From an uncultured delta proteobacterium (GTDB lineage: Bacteria; Myxococcota; Myxococcia; Myxococcales; Myxococcaceae), in the NCBI GenBank assembly GCA_963713045.1, contig CAVQKE010000007.1, forward strand, positions 512,001 through 576,000: a stretch of DNA of 64,000 bases, given 5' to 3'. Each line of letters begins with the position of its first letter. The first letter of the stretch is position 1. The notes beneath the pieces are model-generated. The model was given only the letters and a program-made list of their open reading frames with translations. It was not told where the DNA came from and did not search any database. Of this stretch, positions 10,399 through 20,303 are shown piece after piece. A program made the position numbers and the translations under genes.

Positions 10399-12582
10399 TT
10401 GATGAGTGACAACGCTTCCTCTGGCTCCGACGATCGATTTTTCGTCCTCTTGTCGGTCGTTGGCCTTGCATGGATGGCATTTCGCGTCGCAGTGGCCTCG
10501 AGCCCCACCCTCGCGGGTGACGAGTACGCTTACTTCGCTCCGGCATCGCTCTACCCGCACATCGGTTTTCTCTATTCGTTCGACCCTGGGCTGCAGCGGG
10601 TCGGGACTTCGGCGTTCCATTGGATTGCGAGCCACTTCTTCCTCCTCGGGCTCGAGCCTGTCTTTAAGCTGTCGCAGCTTTGGCACTGCCTGCTGTACGT
10701 CGGAGCCGTCTATCTGCTTTCGCTCGCTGCCGGGGCAGCATTTACTCGCGTTTGCGCGCTCAGGTCATTTGCCGTTGCCCTAACGCTGCCGATGTCGTTC
10801 TACACGGTGCCATTCATGCCGGAGGTCGACCTCGTATTCCTGTCGAGTGGCGTTCTCACCCTCTTCGTACTTCGGTGGAGAACCCGACCCCTCCTCGTGT
10901 CGTCCGTGTCTGGTGTCGTCTTGGGTTTCGCCATGCTGGTCAAGCCGCACGCCCTGGCATTGGTCGTTGGCGTCCTCGTGTTTCACGTCGCGGTGTTGGT
11001 GGGCCCGCACAGGGTATCCGTCCCCGCTTCAATTCGCAGCGCTGCCTCCTTGCTGGTTTCGTTCGTCTGCTCCTACTTGTTATTCACGCGGATTTTTTCC
11101 GTCGCGGAGGCAGCGGGAGCCGCACCCTCCTCACTCGCGGACAGCCTCTATTATCGATACCTCACTTCGCCACTTGAGCCTGGCTTCTGGGTGCGGAATG
11201 CCCTTCCGGTGGTCGGGTATGTGGCTGCCCACTGTATCGTGCTGGCCATCCTTTTTCCGGGCACCATCACGATGTTCGGCGACTTCGTGAAGGGCCTTCG
11301 GCTTCCCCGGGCCAGCGTAGATTTGGATGTTAGCCAAGCCAGGACCGACTACCTAGCAATCACGTTGTCTTGCACGCTCGCGACCCTCGCGATGATCGCG
11401 GTGTTCAGCCAGCAGGTTGGAGCAGCTAGCGCCTTCGAGACGGGACGGCTCCACGGTCGCTACCTGACGGCCGTTTTGCCCTTCCTTGTACCCCCGACGA
11501 TTTTTCTCGTCATGAGTCGCGACGAAACGCTGGCTCGACGCGCGTGCGGACTCGCGACCGTCTCGTTGCTTCTCCTCGCTGCCTGGATACGACCAACGTT
11601 CAAGATTTACCCGTGGGACTATCCAGAGCTCTTCGCTTTCTTTTCTTCTCGCAATCACTACGGTTGGGACTGGCGTTGGACCTCTGTCGACGTCGGGACA
11701 TCCTTACTGGTGGTGGGCTTACTTGTCGCCCTCGCGGGCTGGGGTTTCCGTCAAATATCGTCTATCTGCTTGGCAGGGCTCCTCGGAGTCGTGCTGGTAG
11801 TCGGCAACGCGCAGCATCTTGCCTGGTACCTGTCCCTCCTTCGCGACACACGGGATGGGTATGCGCTTGGCAGGACCGTGCGGGGCGTGTTGGGCGACCT
11901 GACCCCGGGAGAGGGGACGGTCGTCGCCGAGGACCGATACGGGAAGGCCAGCTCCGTGCTCCTGGGTCTCGGTGTTCCACAACACGTCATCACAATGGCA
12001 GCCGGCACCACCTTGGGCCCTCCGGTGGTCGGTCCTGGGTCCAAGTGGATCCTGACGCTCAATCCTCACCCATTAGCCAGTGACTTCGTCAGTTCCTTGA
12101 AGCTCGGCCCAGCTAGGCTTTACCTGCTGGACCAAACTCCCTCGGGCTCGGCTGCAGGTGCGGCCTTGTGCTCGGGTCGCGATTTGCGACTCGCGCTCGC
12201 CGATCCCGCTACCTACGGCAGAGCCCGAGGCTTCAATGATCGGGAAGATTGGGGTGCGTGGAGTAGAGCGGACACTGCGGAGGTCCTGTTGCCATGTGTT
12301 GCCTGTGGACGCCTCCGAGTGCGCATCCTCGGCTGGGCGTCCGCAGAAAACCCTGGACCGTTGCGAGTGCAGGTAGGGGAGAAGGAGCAGATCGTTCGCC
12401 TGGTCCAAGGACCCTCTGAGGCTCGGTTCGAGGTCGAGCCAGCGAATTGCGTGGATCGGGTCATTTTCAGGAAGCCCGTCGTCCAGCCCGTGAATTCACA
12501 CCGGCCCATGGGTTTCGCCTTGATCCAGTTATCGGTCACTGAGAGTCCCGCTCGGGTTCCTCCGGGCACTGACGGGCACTGA
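10399..12582 (+). CDS. Multi-pass membrane protein, GT-C-like glycosyltransferase with C-terminal extracytoplasmic domain
   Basis: Early 'GDEYAY' acidic loop, 'FMPE', 'VKPHA', 'GRY', about 12 hydrophobic segments; C-terminal 'GFNDREDWGAWS' beta-sandwich-like domain. Confidence 0.7.
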   Translation: MMSDNASSGSDDRFFVLLSVVGLAWMAFRVAVASSPTLAGDEYAYFAPASLYPHIGFLYSFDPGLQRVGTSAFHWIASHFFLLGLEPVFKLSQLWHCLLYVGAVYLLSLAAGAAFTRVCALRSFAVALTLPMSFYTVPFMPEVDLVFLSSGVLTLFVLRWRTRPLLVSSVSGVVLGFAMLVKPHALALVVGVLVFHVAVLVGPHRVSVPASIRSAASLLVSFVCSYLLFTRIFSVAEAAGAAPSSLADSLYYRYLTSPLEPGFWVRNALPVVGYVAAHCIVLAILFPGTITMFGDFVKGLRLPRASVDLDVSQARTDYLAITLSCTLATLAMIAVFSQQVGAASAFETGRLHGRYLTAVLPFLVPPTIFLVMSRDETLARRACGLATVSLLLLAAWIRPTFKIYPWDYPELFAFFSSRNHYGWDWRWTSVDVGTSLLVVGLLVALAGWGFRQISSICLAGLLGVVLVVGNAQHLAWYLSLLRDTRDGYALGRTVRGVLGDLTPGEGTVVAEDRYGKASSVLLGLGVPQHVITMAAGTTLGPPVVGPGSKWILTLNPHPLASDFVSSLKLGPARLYLLDQTPSGSAAGAALCSGRDLRLALADPATYGRARGFNDREDWGAWSRADTAEVLLPCVACGRLRVRILGWASAENPGPLRVQVGEKEQIVRLVQGPSEARFEVEPANCVDRVIFRKPVVQPVNSHRPMGFALIQLSVTESPARVPPGTDGH

Positions 12583-12951
12583 ATTGCAACCGGGGAACTG
12601 TCGGCGGCTGATCCGCCGGCCCTGCCGACGGCGTCTACCCCCCGTCACCGGGAATCAACGGCTACCTGGCCTGATGAAACGACAAACGCCATTCTTTTCG
12701 GGCTGTTCCTCACAAGCCCGAGCTTCGTCTCCAGACCGAGACGGGCGGCATTAGCAAGGCATGGAATTCACTTGGACCCTCTGCACCGTCCAACGGGGCA
12801 GAAGATGGGAACTTCAGCGTTCCCAACGTCGTTTCAACCGCCCGCCCGGAAGCGCGTCGCCCTTGTCCTCGCGAGCCCGGGCGTGGGAGTCTCCCGGCCC
12901 TTTGCGCGAGCGGCTCCGCATCTGACGCGCACTTCTCAAGGAGAGAATCAC

Positions 12952-13110
12952 TTGCTCGAGTGGACCGCCGAGCGCTTTGTTCCAGGCGTTAAACGTGTCG
13001 TCGGGATCGAGCACCGGCATCGCTACTACGCGGCCAACGAGAGTGTGCGCGGGATGCGGGGGCTCGACATCGCGTGTGTGTGGGCGGACCCGGAGCGGAG
13101 CCCGCCATGA
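12952..13110 (+). pseudogene. Internally deleted SAM methyltransferase remnant
   Basis: RBS AAGGAG plus TTG; 'LEWTAERFVPG..IEHRHRY..VRGMRGLDIAC' matches the N-terminus of TGERFxP/EHxHRY methyltransferases, then stops about 10 codons later with an ATGA overlap into the GT4. Confidence 0.7.
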
Positions 13111-14249
13111 GCGCGGCCCTACCCGACGTATGCTTGGTGGGCCACCCGTTCGCGCCCATCGGCATGGGGGAACAGCTGCGCTCCTCGTTCCGAGCCCTGC
13201 GCAGCATTGGTCTACGGCCTGCTGTGCTCGACGTCTACGAGCTGCAGACGCCCGAGCCGCCGGCCGAGTCCGAGTTCGGCCCCTTCCTCGAAAAGGGCTT
13301 TCGCACACTCAACCTGTTCCATATCAACGGCGACGAAGTTGAGCCAATCCTCGCCCATCTTGCCGGGAGGCCGTCGCCGCGGCAGATGTGGCGCGCCGTG
13401 ATTCCCCTCTGGGAGCTGCCTAACTACCCTACCCAGTGGGCGCAACTGCTGGAGCAGTTCGACGAGGTTTGGGCCTCCTCGCTATTCATCGAGAGGGCGC
13501 TCAGCGAGGCGGTGCACCGGCCGGTGGTGCACCTGCCTCCGGCTTGCGAAGTAGTCCTCTCCGCCTTCCGGGGCCGCCGCTTCTTCGGCATCCCGGAGTC
13601 CACCTACGCCTTTCTGTTCTCCTTCGACTTGCGCTCTTGGGTAACGCGCAAGAACCCGGAGGCGGTGGTCGCCGCCTTTCGCCGAGTGGTGCACAAACGC
13701 CCTCACGCCCAGGTCACGCTCGTCTTGAAGATCAATGGTGCCGAGTTGGGGGATGAGCGCTACCGCGCCTTCCTCGACTCGCTTGGCGACCTACGAGACC
13801 GGCTGGTTGTTCTCCCGCGTACCCTCACCGATGACGAAATGAAGAACCTTGTCCGTTGCTGCGACTGCTACGTTTCGCTTCACCGATCGGAGGGCTTCGG
13901 TCGCGGTCCCGCCGAGGCGATGGCCTTGGGCAAGCCGGTGATCGCCACCCGCTGGTCGGGCAACCTTGATTTCATGAACAACGACAACTCTCTCCTGGTT
14001 GACTGCGCACTGGTGCCGGTGCCGCCCGACGCCTATCCCCATTGGCAAGGGCAGCGTTGGGCCGATCCCGACGTGGAGCACGCCGCGGCAAGCATGGTGC
14101 AACTGCTCGATGATCCGGGAAAGGGAGCCGCCATAGGACGCCGCGCCAGTCTCGACATGCGGCACGATTTCTCCTATCGAGCCATCGGCGTCCGCACGCT
14201 TCAACGGTTGGAGCAGGGAATGCGGCTCCTCGCCTCGGAAGAGGCTTGA
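13107..14249 (+). CDS. Glycosyltransferase family 4
   Basis: 'WELP', 'FDEVWA', 'RKNPEAVVAAF', 'DCYVSLHRSEGFGRGPAEAMALGKPVIATRWSGNLDFM'. Confidence 0.93.
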   Translation: MSAALPDVCLVGHPFAPIGMGEQLRSSFRALRSIGLRPAVLDVYELQTPEPPAESEFGPFLEKGFRTLNLFHINGDEVEPILAHLAGRPSPRQMWRAVIPLWELPNYPTQWAQLLEQFDEVWASSLFIERALSEAVHRPVVHLPPACEVVLSAFRGRRFFGIPESTYAFLFSFDLRSWVTRKNPEAVVAAFRRVVHKRPHAQVTLVLKINGAELGDERYRAFLDSLGDLRDRLVVLPRTLTDDEMKNLVRCCDCYVSLHRSEGFGRGPAEAMALGKPVIATRWSGNLDFMNNDNSLLVDCALVPVPPDAYPHWQGQRWADPDVEHAAASMVQLLDDPGKGAAIGRRASLDMRHDFSYRAIGVRTLQRLEQGMRLLASEEA

Positions 14250-14515
14250 CGCTGGGGCGAGCGCAGGGCTGAGCCTAGCTCTGAACAGTGGCCGTCGACC
14301 GGTTCGGCGTATTCAAGGCAAAGCGGCAAATGCGAGACCCGGGCCGCCGCGGTCGAAATTCTGAGCTAGGCCAGGGGGCGCGAGGCTCGTGGATTTGCTC
14401 GGTTCCTCGCCCCCGGTCCCGCCTGATCTGCTTGCCGTGCTTGAGCTTGCCAGGCAGTCTAGTGCCTCGGGATTCTTTCGGGCTTGCTCGTTTACCAAAA
14501 CTTAGAGGAGGCGTC

Positions 14516-14983
14516 ATGAGGGGGGCTTCTCGCCTTGCCCTATTGGCTTTTCTATTCGTATCTACGGCCTTCGCTGCGCAGCCTTCCAGCGACGAACAGG
14601 CAGTGTGGTCTCTGGAAAAGTCTTATTGGAAGTATGTGCAGGCCAATGATCTCGAGCTCTACCTCGCTCTGTGGAGCCCGGACTTTCTTGGCTGGCCGTT
14701 GTCGTATCCCGAACCCTCGCGAAAAGCTCAGATCACCGACTGGATCACCGCGCGCACTACCAAGGGCGAGACTCTCAAGTCCTACGACCTGGAGCCGCTG
14801 AAGGTCCAGCTGACGGACAACATTGCCACGACGACCTATCGTATTCGCATGACCTGGGTCGACAAGAACGGTATCGGGCAACCGACATCTCTCCGCATCA
14901 TCCATACGATGCGCCGAAACCCAAGCGGCGTGTGGCAGATCATCTCCGGTATGGCTGCCCCGACCAACGCCGACGGGCACTGA
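14516..14983 (+). CDS. Secreted NTF2/SnoaL-like (DUF4440-type) protein
   Basis: RBS AGAGGAGG, signal peptide ending 'AFA', NTF2-like pattern ending 'WQIISGM'. Confidence 0.8.
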   Translation: MRGASRLALLAFLFVSTAFAAQPSSDEQAVWSLEKSYWKYVQANDLELYLALWSPDFLGWPLSYPEPSRKAQITDWITARTTKGETLKSYDLEPLKVQLTDNIATTTYRIRMTWVDKNGIGQPTSLRIIHTMRRNPSGVWQIISGMAAPTNADGH

Positions 14984-15092
14984 CTAAGAATCAAACGTCG
15001 CGGCGCCTACCGTCTCGGCTCTTTGGCCTGGCTGACGGGTCCCTGGCACAGACGTAGCCTAATTTGGCTTGTCGGCGGCTGAAAGCCTCGCC

Positions 15093-15704
15093 TCACAGCT
15101 GTGGGCAGCCGACCAACTCCAGCTGCCAAATGCCCTGGCAGGTCACCGCCATTCCGCCAGAAGCACACTCGTTGTAGTCGCAGGAGAGCCCAGCGGGCTG
15201 ACACTCGGTTCCGAGGTTCGGCACATAGGGCGGACACCCGGCGTCCAGCTGACTGACACACCACACGTCCCTTTGCCCTTCGATGATGGGTCCTCCGCAG
15301 CCGTTGCTGCAGGTATAGGCGCTTCCCGAGTAGACGCACGTCATACCAAGCTGGACTTGCGTGCACGGGGCCTCTCCCGCGTCAGGGGCTGTGGCCGGAC
15401 ACAACGGTACTGGCGGATTGCAGGCGCCGCCGGACAGCTGCCAGCCAGGCGTGACGCCGCCGCACGTTCCGACGGTGCGGCACTCGGCCCGGGCATCGCT
15501 TCCCCAAGAGCACATCAACCCCGCTTCAGGGCAGGCCGTCGACGTGGCCGGGGGGGAAGCAGGGCAGCCGCCGTCGTAGACAACGGCGCTGCACTGGCCG
15601 CCGTCGGGCCCGATACAAATCTCAGACTCCACCGGGCTTCCGCTCGTGCACCCCACCATCACCAACGTCACCATTGCGCCGAGAAGGCCGAGTATGTGCT
15701 TCAT
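15093..15704 (-). CDS. Cys-rich putative lipoprotein
   Basis: 'MKHILGLLGAMVTLVMVGC' lipobox-like N-terminus; three repeated 'CPxxxP..G/T..C...GLxCxY/W' modules. Confidence 0.75.
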   Translation of the reverse strand: MKHILGLLGAMVTLVMVGCTSGSPVESEICIGPDGGQCSAVVYDGGCPASPPATSTACPEAGLMCSWGSDARAECRTVGTCGGVTPGWQLSGGACNPPVPLCPATAPDAGEAPCTQVQLGMTCVYSGSAYTCSNGCGGPIIEGQRDVWCVSQLDAGCPPYVPNLGTECQPAGLSCDYNECASGGMAVTCQGIWQLELVGCPQL

Positions 15705-16255
15705 ATGTCTCTTTCAGTGCGCCGTCACCGACGACAGTCAAGGGTACCCGCTCCAGCGTGCATTGATTTGGTCTCCGGAAGCCACGAGGAAGCCTTAGGG
15801 CGTGCTTGGAGCCACCAGCGAAGACATCCCCAGGCGTCGTTCCGGCCGAGGTCGGCAGCCTACTCACCCTTCGAGAGTCCACATCAGACCAGACAGCCTT
15901 GCCATCGTGGCAAGTCCTGAAGCTCGAGAATGAGCGCGACGACACAATTGCCGAGTGCGGTGGAAGGTACCCGATTCGAGCCCCGAAAGACGTCGACTCT
16001 TGCCGGAGCAACGGTCGCCTCGACACCGCAGACTTCCCGGTCACCTCAAACTCATAGGTCCATACGAAGGCGTCGCGGCTCCGCCTTACGCCAAACGGCG
16101 AACTGGCTCCGGACACTCAAAGCCATCCGTTTCCTCCAGCGGCAGCTTCATCACCAAAATGCACCCGCCTCGACAGGAGGCGCAGATTTTGAACAAGCTG
16201 CCGGTTACGACCCTCATCAAGTAAGCGTCGCGATCGGTCGCGGCGATTCGCTTTG

Positions 16256-17443
16256 CTACCGGCGGGTTGGGCCCAAGGCGTTTTGAAAGGCCTTGGGCGC
16301 CTCTTGAGAAGCGGTTCCCGTCAGGGCCGACCCAAGTAGCCGCTCGATGAGCCGCTGCCCCCAGGCGCTGTGGTAGGCCTTGGCTAGCCGGTCTAGACCG
16401 CCTGAGGCCACCAAGGCTCTCACGAGATTCCCGGCGGCAAAGCCAGCGGTGAAGCGCCGGCGGTGTTGCCAGACGTAGTGGCGCCACGCTGAGGCTTCCG
16501 ACCGCTCTCCGCGCGCCACCGCTGAAACCGCCTCGGCGGCGAATAACCCGCTCTGCATCGCCTGGGAAATGCCCTCGCCCGTGGCGCTGTTGGTCACCCG
16601 TGCCGCCTCGCCGACCCAAAGCGCACCGGGCGTGGCGCACTGGGATACCCAGGTGGTGAAGACGATGGGATGTCCCTTCAACCTCCCCAAGCGACGGGCT
16701 CCACGGAGTGGCTCGCGATAGTGGTCGTTGAGGAAGCATTCAAAAAGACCTCGGAGGTCTCGCACTGCCCGACGCCCGTGCCCGTCCTGTGCATCGACAC
16801 AGATTCCGATGTTGACCCGAGTCGTTGTCTCCGGAAACATCCACCCGTACAGCGGCGCCAGGTTCCGGTCGAAGACCATATCCAGACGCCGTGGCGGGAG
16901 GTTAGCGCCTTCCCACCAGCCCATGAGAGTGGAGATGAAGTGCTTGGGCCGGCGGTCCGGAGAAAAAATCGAGTGGGCGCCATCCGCGCAGAGAACGTAC
17001 GACGCCCGGTGCTCTTCACCCTCGAAGCTCCGGACACCGACGACCCGTCCTGAGCCGTCACGGACTAGCTCAGACGCGCGGAACCCCGTCTGAAAGCGGA
17101 CACCCAACTCACGCGCCCTTTCGACCAGCAACTGGTCGAAATCCTTCCGGAGCAAAATGACCGCCGACGAGTTGGCCGGGAGGACAAGTTCCTCGCCGCC
17201 GGGGGTAACAATGCGAACCCACTCGATGGGGTTCGCCCGCGCCTGTACCTTGTCTCCAATCCCGAGCGTCTCGGTGAGGTGGAGCGCCGCCGGGGAGAGG
17301 CCGGAGCCGCAGGTCTTGTCGCGGGGGAAACCGTCGCGATCAACCAGGAGAATGTCGGTGACGCCGCGGAGGGCGAGTGCGGCTGCTGCTGACGCGCCCG
17401 CAGGGCCCGCCCCGATGATGAGCACACGGGAGTCCATCCCCAC
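16256..17443 (-). CDS. Geranylgeranyl reductase family FAD-dependent oxidoreductase
   Basis: 'IIGAGPAG', 'FPRDKTCG', 'ADGAHS', 'YGWMFP', 'GEAA..TGEGISQAMQSG'. Confidence 0.9.
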   Translation of the reverse strand: MGMDSRVLIIGAGPAGASAAAALALRGVTDILLVDRDGFPRDKTCGSGLSPAALHLTETLGIGDKVQARANPIEWVRIVTPGGEELVLPANSSAVILLRKDFDQLLVERARELGVRFQTGFRASELVRDGSGRVVGVRSFEGEEHRASYVLCADGAHSIFSPDRRPKHFISTLMGWWEGANLPPRRLDMVFDRNLAPLYGWMFPETTTRVNIGICVDAQDGHGRRAVRDLRGLFECFLNDHYREPLRGARRLGRLKGHPIVFTTWVSQCATPGALWVGEAARVTNSATGEGISQAMQSGLFAAEAVSAVARGERSEASAWRHYVWQHRRRFTAGFAAGNLVRALVASGGLDRLAKAYHSAWGQRLIERLLGSALTGTASQEAPKAFQNALGPTRR

Positions 17444-17658
17444 CTCGTGGGTCGCTCCCCCCGGCCCTGGGGGCGGTCTTCATTGCAGCAGTGCATAACC
17501 TAGGGCCCGGGAGACGTCAGGACAAGCGTGTGGGGCCCCTGGCCTGTCGAAAGCAACGGCAGGAGGATTCGTACGGTTGTCACTTCGAGTTGGCCAGGCA
17601 CGACTTTGGCCGCGTGGAGGTGCAGTCTCCGGCGCGACATTCGTCGGAAGGACAAACC

Positions 17659-18708
17659 ATGCTAACAAGGCGGAGTCTGCTTCAAGCTGCTATGGGAAGT
17701 GCGCTGGCCGCAACCACGACGAACGCTCAGGGGCAGGCCGGCGGGGCCCCTATTGGTACCGTCCCGAGCGGCAAATTTAAGATTTCCGCGGGTGCGCAAG
17801 TTCCTCGGCGCGAGCTGGGCCGCACCGGCGAGCGAGTCTCCATCGTCGGCCTCGGCGGCTACCATCTCGGGTTCCCGACCGAGCAGGAGAGCATCCAGAT
17901 CGTGCGTACGGCGCTCGATCACGGGCTCAAGTTCCTCGACAACTGCTGGGACTACAATGGCGGCGAGAGCGAGCGGCGCATGGGGAAGGCCCTGCGCGAC
18001 GGGTATCGCCAGAAGGCGTTTCTGATGACCAAGCTGGACGGCCGTACCGCGGCGGCGACGCGCCAGCAGCTCGAGCAGTCAATGAAGCGGCTACAGGTCG
18101 ACGTCGTCGATTTGGTGCAAATCCACGAGGTGATTCGACCAGACGATCCGGAGCGCTGTTTCGCACCTGGGGGCACCATCGAGGCGCTGCTTGCGGCGCG
18201 CAAGGCGGGCAAGCTTCGCTTCATCGGTTTCACCGGGCACAAAGACCCGGACATCCATCGCCACATGCTGGACGTCGCGCGGCAGCAAGGCTTCCGCTTC
18301 GACACCGTGCAGATGCCCATCAACGTTTTTGATGCGCACTACCGCAGCTTTGAGCGCGATGTCATTCCGGTTGCTCTGCAGGACGGGACCGCCGTCCTGG
18401 GCATGAAGCCGATGGGCGCCGGGCTGATTCTGGAATCCGGCGCTGCGAATGCCGAAGAATGCCTGCGGTACGCGATGAGCGTGCCAGGCGTCAGCGTGAC
18501 CATCACGGGCTGCGATGGCCAGGGAGTCCTCGAGCAGGCGCTCTCCATTGCTTTGAACTTCCAACCGATGTCGATCGCGGACCGTGACAACTTGCTCGCC
18601 CGCACTGCGGACGCCGCGCGTGGCGGCAAATGGGAGAAATTTAAGACCACCCACCAATTCGACGGGACTGTGCAGAACGTGCGCTGGCTTACTTCCGCAC
18701 AGATGTGA
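17659..18708 (+). CDS. Aldo/keto reductase with twin-arginine leader
   Basis: ATG at 17659 after GAAGGA; 'TRRSLL' leader; AKR motifs 'LGRTGERVSIVGLGG', 'DNCWDYNGGESE', 'FLMTK', 'GKLRFIGFTGH'. Confidence 0.92.
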   Translation: MLTRRSLLQAAMGSALAATTTNAQGQAGGAPIGTVPSGKFKISAGAQVPRRELGRTGERVSIVGLGGYHLGFPTEQESIQIVRTALDHGLKFLDNCWDYNGGESERRMGKALRDGYRQKAFLMTKLDGRTAAATRQQLEQSMKRLQVDVVDLVQIHEVIRPDDPERCFAPGGTIEALLAARKAGKLRFIGFTGHKDPDIHRHMLDVARQQGFRFDTVQMPINVFDAHYRSFERDVIPVALQDGTAVLGMKPMGAGLILESGAANAEECLRYAMSVPGVSVTITGCDGQGVLEQALSIALNFQPMSIADRDNLLARTADAARGGKWEKFKTTHQFDGTVQNVRWLTSAQM

Positions 18709-18855
18709 CAACCAAGCTGTGGTCCCGTCTCCTCGTTCACACCACGAGAACGCGACGATTGCCCGAGTTTTGGCGTCGACTCGGACGCGTGCGGCATAGC
18801 ACTGCGCAAATGCTAGAAGACGTACGCTCAGGTGGGTTCACTCTGCGCCCCGCAG

Positions 18856-19761
18856 TCAGTGAACGACCTCGACGCCTGCCAGTTCCTCCATTCGCCGCAA
18901 CACAGCCGAGAAATCCTCTTCGTTGCCTTTTGCCAACTCCTCGGAGTTGACGCGAAATGCCGCCTCTGTCGCTGGTAGGCGGAGATCGCTTTTAGCGGCC
19001 GCATCCAAAATCAACTGAAAATCCTTATGCATCAAGCGTAAGGGAAACTGCGGACTGTAATCGTTGTTCGCTACTCGTGCGAGCTTCCCCACGTGAGCCG
19101 CCGCGACCACCGCAGTCTTGGACAGGACTTCAAGCAGTCGCCCACGATCGAGACCGGCCTTCTCTCCAAGGACGACAGCCTCAGCAATCGCCTGCATGCC
19201 CAAACCCAACAGCGTATTGACGACCAGCTTCATCGATGTCCCTGACCCAGGCCCGCCCATCAGGAAGTACTGCTTTGCGAAGACCTGAAATATCGGCTCA
19301 GCAGCGCCGAATATTTCTTGGCTACCCCCCACGAGCAGGGTCAGCGTGCCCTGCTCGGCGGCGGGAGTACTTCCTGAGATGGCTGCATCCAACAGCTCGA
19401 TGCCATTCTGCTTACCCAGCCGATTCAGTTCACGTGAGCTTTCTGGAGATATGGTGCTCATCTCTAGGACGACCGTCCCTGAGCGCGCCGCAGAAAAAAT
19501 TCCGTCGGGACCGCTGTAAACGCTCCGGACTACTTCATCGTCGGTCAATGAGGAAAGAAGCACATCGGAAGTGCGTGCCAATTCGGTAATAGTCTTCGAA
19601 ACACTTGCGCCCCGTTGAGCAATGGCTTGCGTCTTGACGGGGTCCAAGTCGTAAACAGAGACGCCGTAGCCGTGAGCGACGAGCCGTCTGGCGATCGGAT
19701 TCCCCATGTGACCAAGACCAATAAAACCGATTTTCGTTCGATCTGATGTGAGAGCTTTCAT
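18856..19761 (-). CDS. Beta-hydroxyacid dehydrogenase (3-hydroxyisobutyrate / tartronate-semialdehyde reductase family)
   Basis: 'IGFIGLGHMG', 'MSTISP', 'DAAISGS', 'GSGTSMKLVVN', 'FPLRLMHKD'. Confidence 0.92.
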   Translation of the reverse strand: MKALTSDRTKIGFIGLGHMGNPIARRLVAHGYGVSVYDLDPVKTQAIAQRGASVSKTITELARTSDVLLSSLTDDEVVRSVYSGPDGIFSAARSGTVVLEMSTISPESSRELNRLGKQNGIELLDAAISGSTPAAEQGTLTLLVGGSQEIFGAAEPIFQVFAKQYFLMGGPGSGTSMKLVVNTLLGLGMQAIAEAVVLGEKAGLDRGRLLEVLSKTAVVAAAHVGKLARVANNDYSPQFPLRLMHKDFQLILDAAAKSDLRLPATEAAFRVNSEELAKGNEEDFSAVLRRMEELAGVEVVH

Positions 19762-20303
19762 AGAGCGTCCCCTCGTTTGTCGGTTGTCGAAGGCTCGTTG
19801 GGTTCTTTCTCACTTCGTAGTAGTTTTGGCTTTTGGGCAGCCCGGTGTTGGTCGGCTTTTGCAGCGTTCGTACCTCCGCGGCGAGGCGCTTTTAAGCGTC
19901 GCTCCGGATCCCGCCACGATGGCGCAATACGGTTGGGTCCAGGTGTGCGTCAAGCCCGGCCGCCGCTGCCGCGTCGCGGGGAGCCTCGTTGAGAGGCGTG
20001 GTCTCAGGGCCCAGGGCATGTAGCCGATGAAGGAAGACTGCCCGGGCACCCTCTCGGAACGGACCACGCCAAGCAGTGCAGCCATCTGCGAACTGACCAC
20101 TAGGAGCTCGCCCCGCCTCTATCGGTAGGCCTGGCGTCGACGTATACGCGTGGTGAGCGCGGGCGCCTCGGACCCTGGCACCACCCCGTCTCGGTCGGGT
20201 AGCCTGCTGGACGACAACAAGCGTCACTCTCCACAGCTAGACCGACCAAACCCGAGCCCCGGCCCAACACCCGCAGCAGCCGGCGCCAAGTGGGGATGTC
20301 CCC

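Noticed and set aside
12670..12690. CTGATGA hammerhead-like core (also at about 36836)
   Set aside because: No stem II followed by GAAA and no closing stems.
15720..16250. Possible degraded gene in the gap between the lipoprotein and the geranylgeranyl reductase
   Set aside because: No recognisable family motif in any frame, so it cannot be supported without a search.
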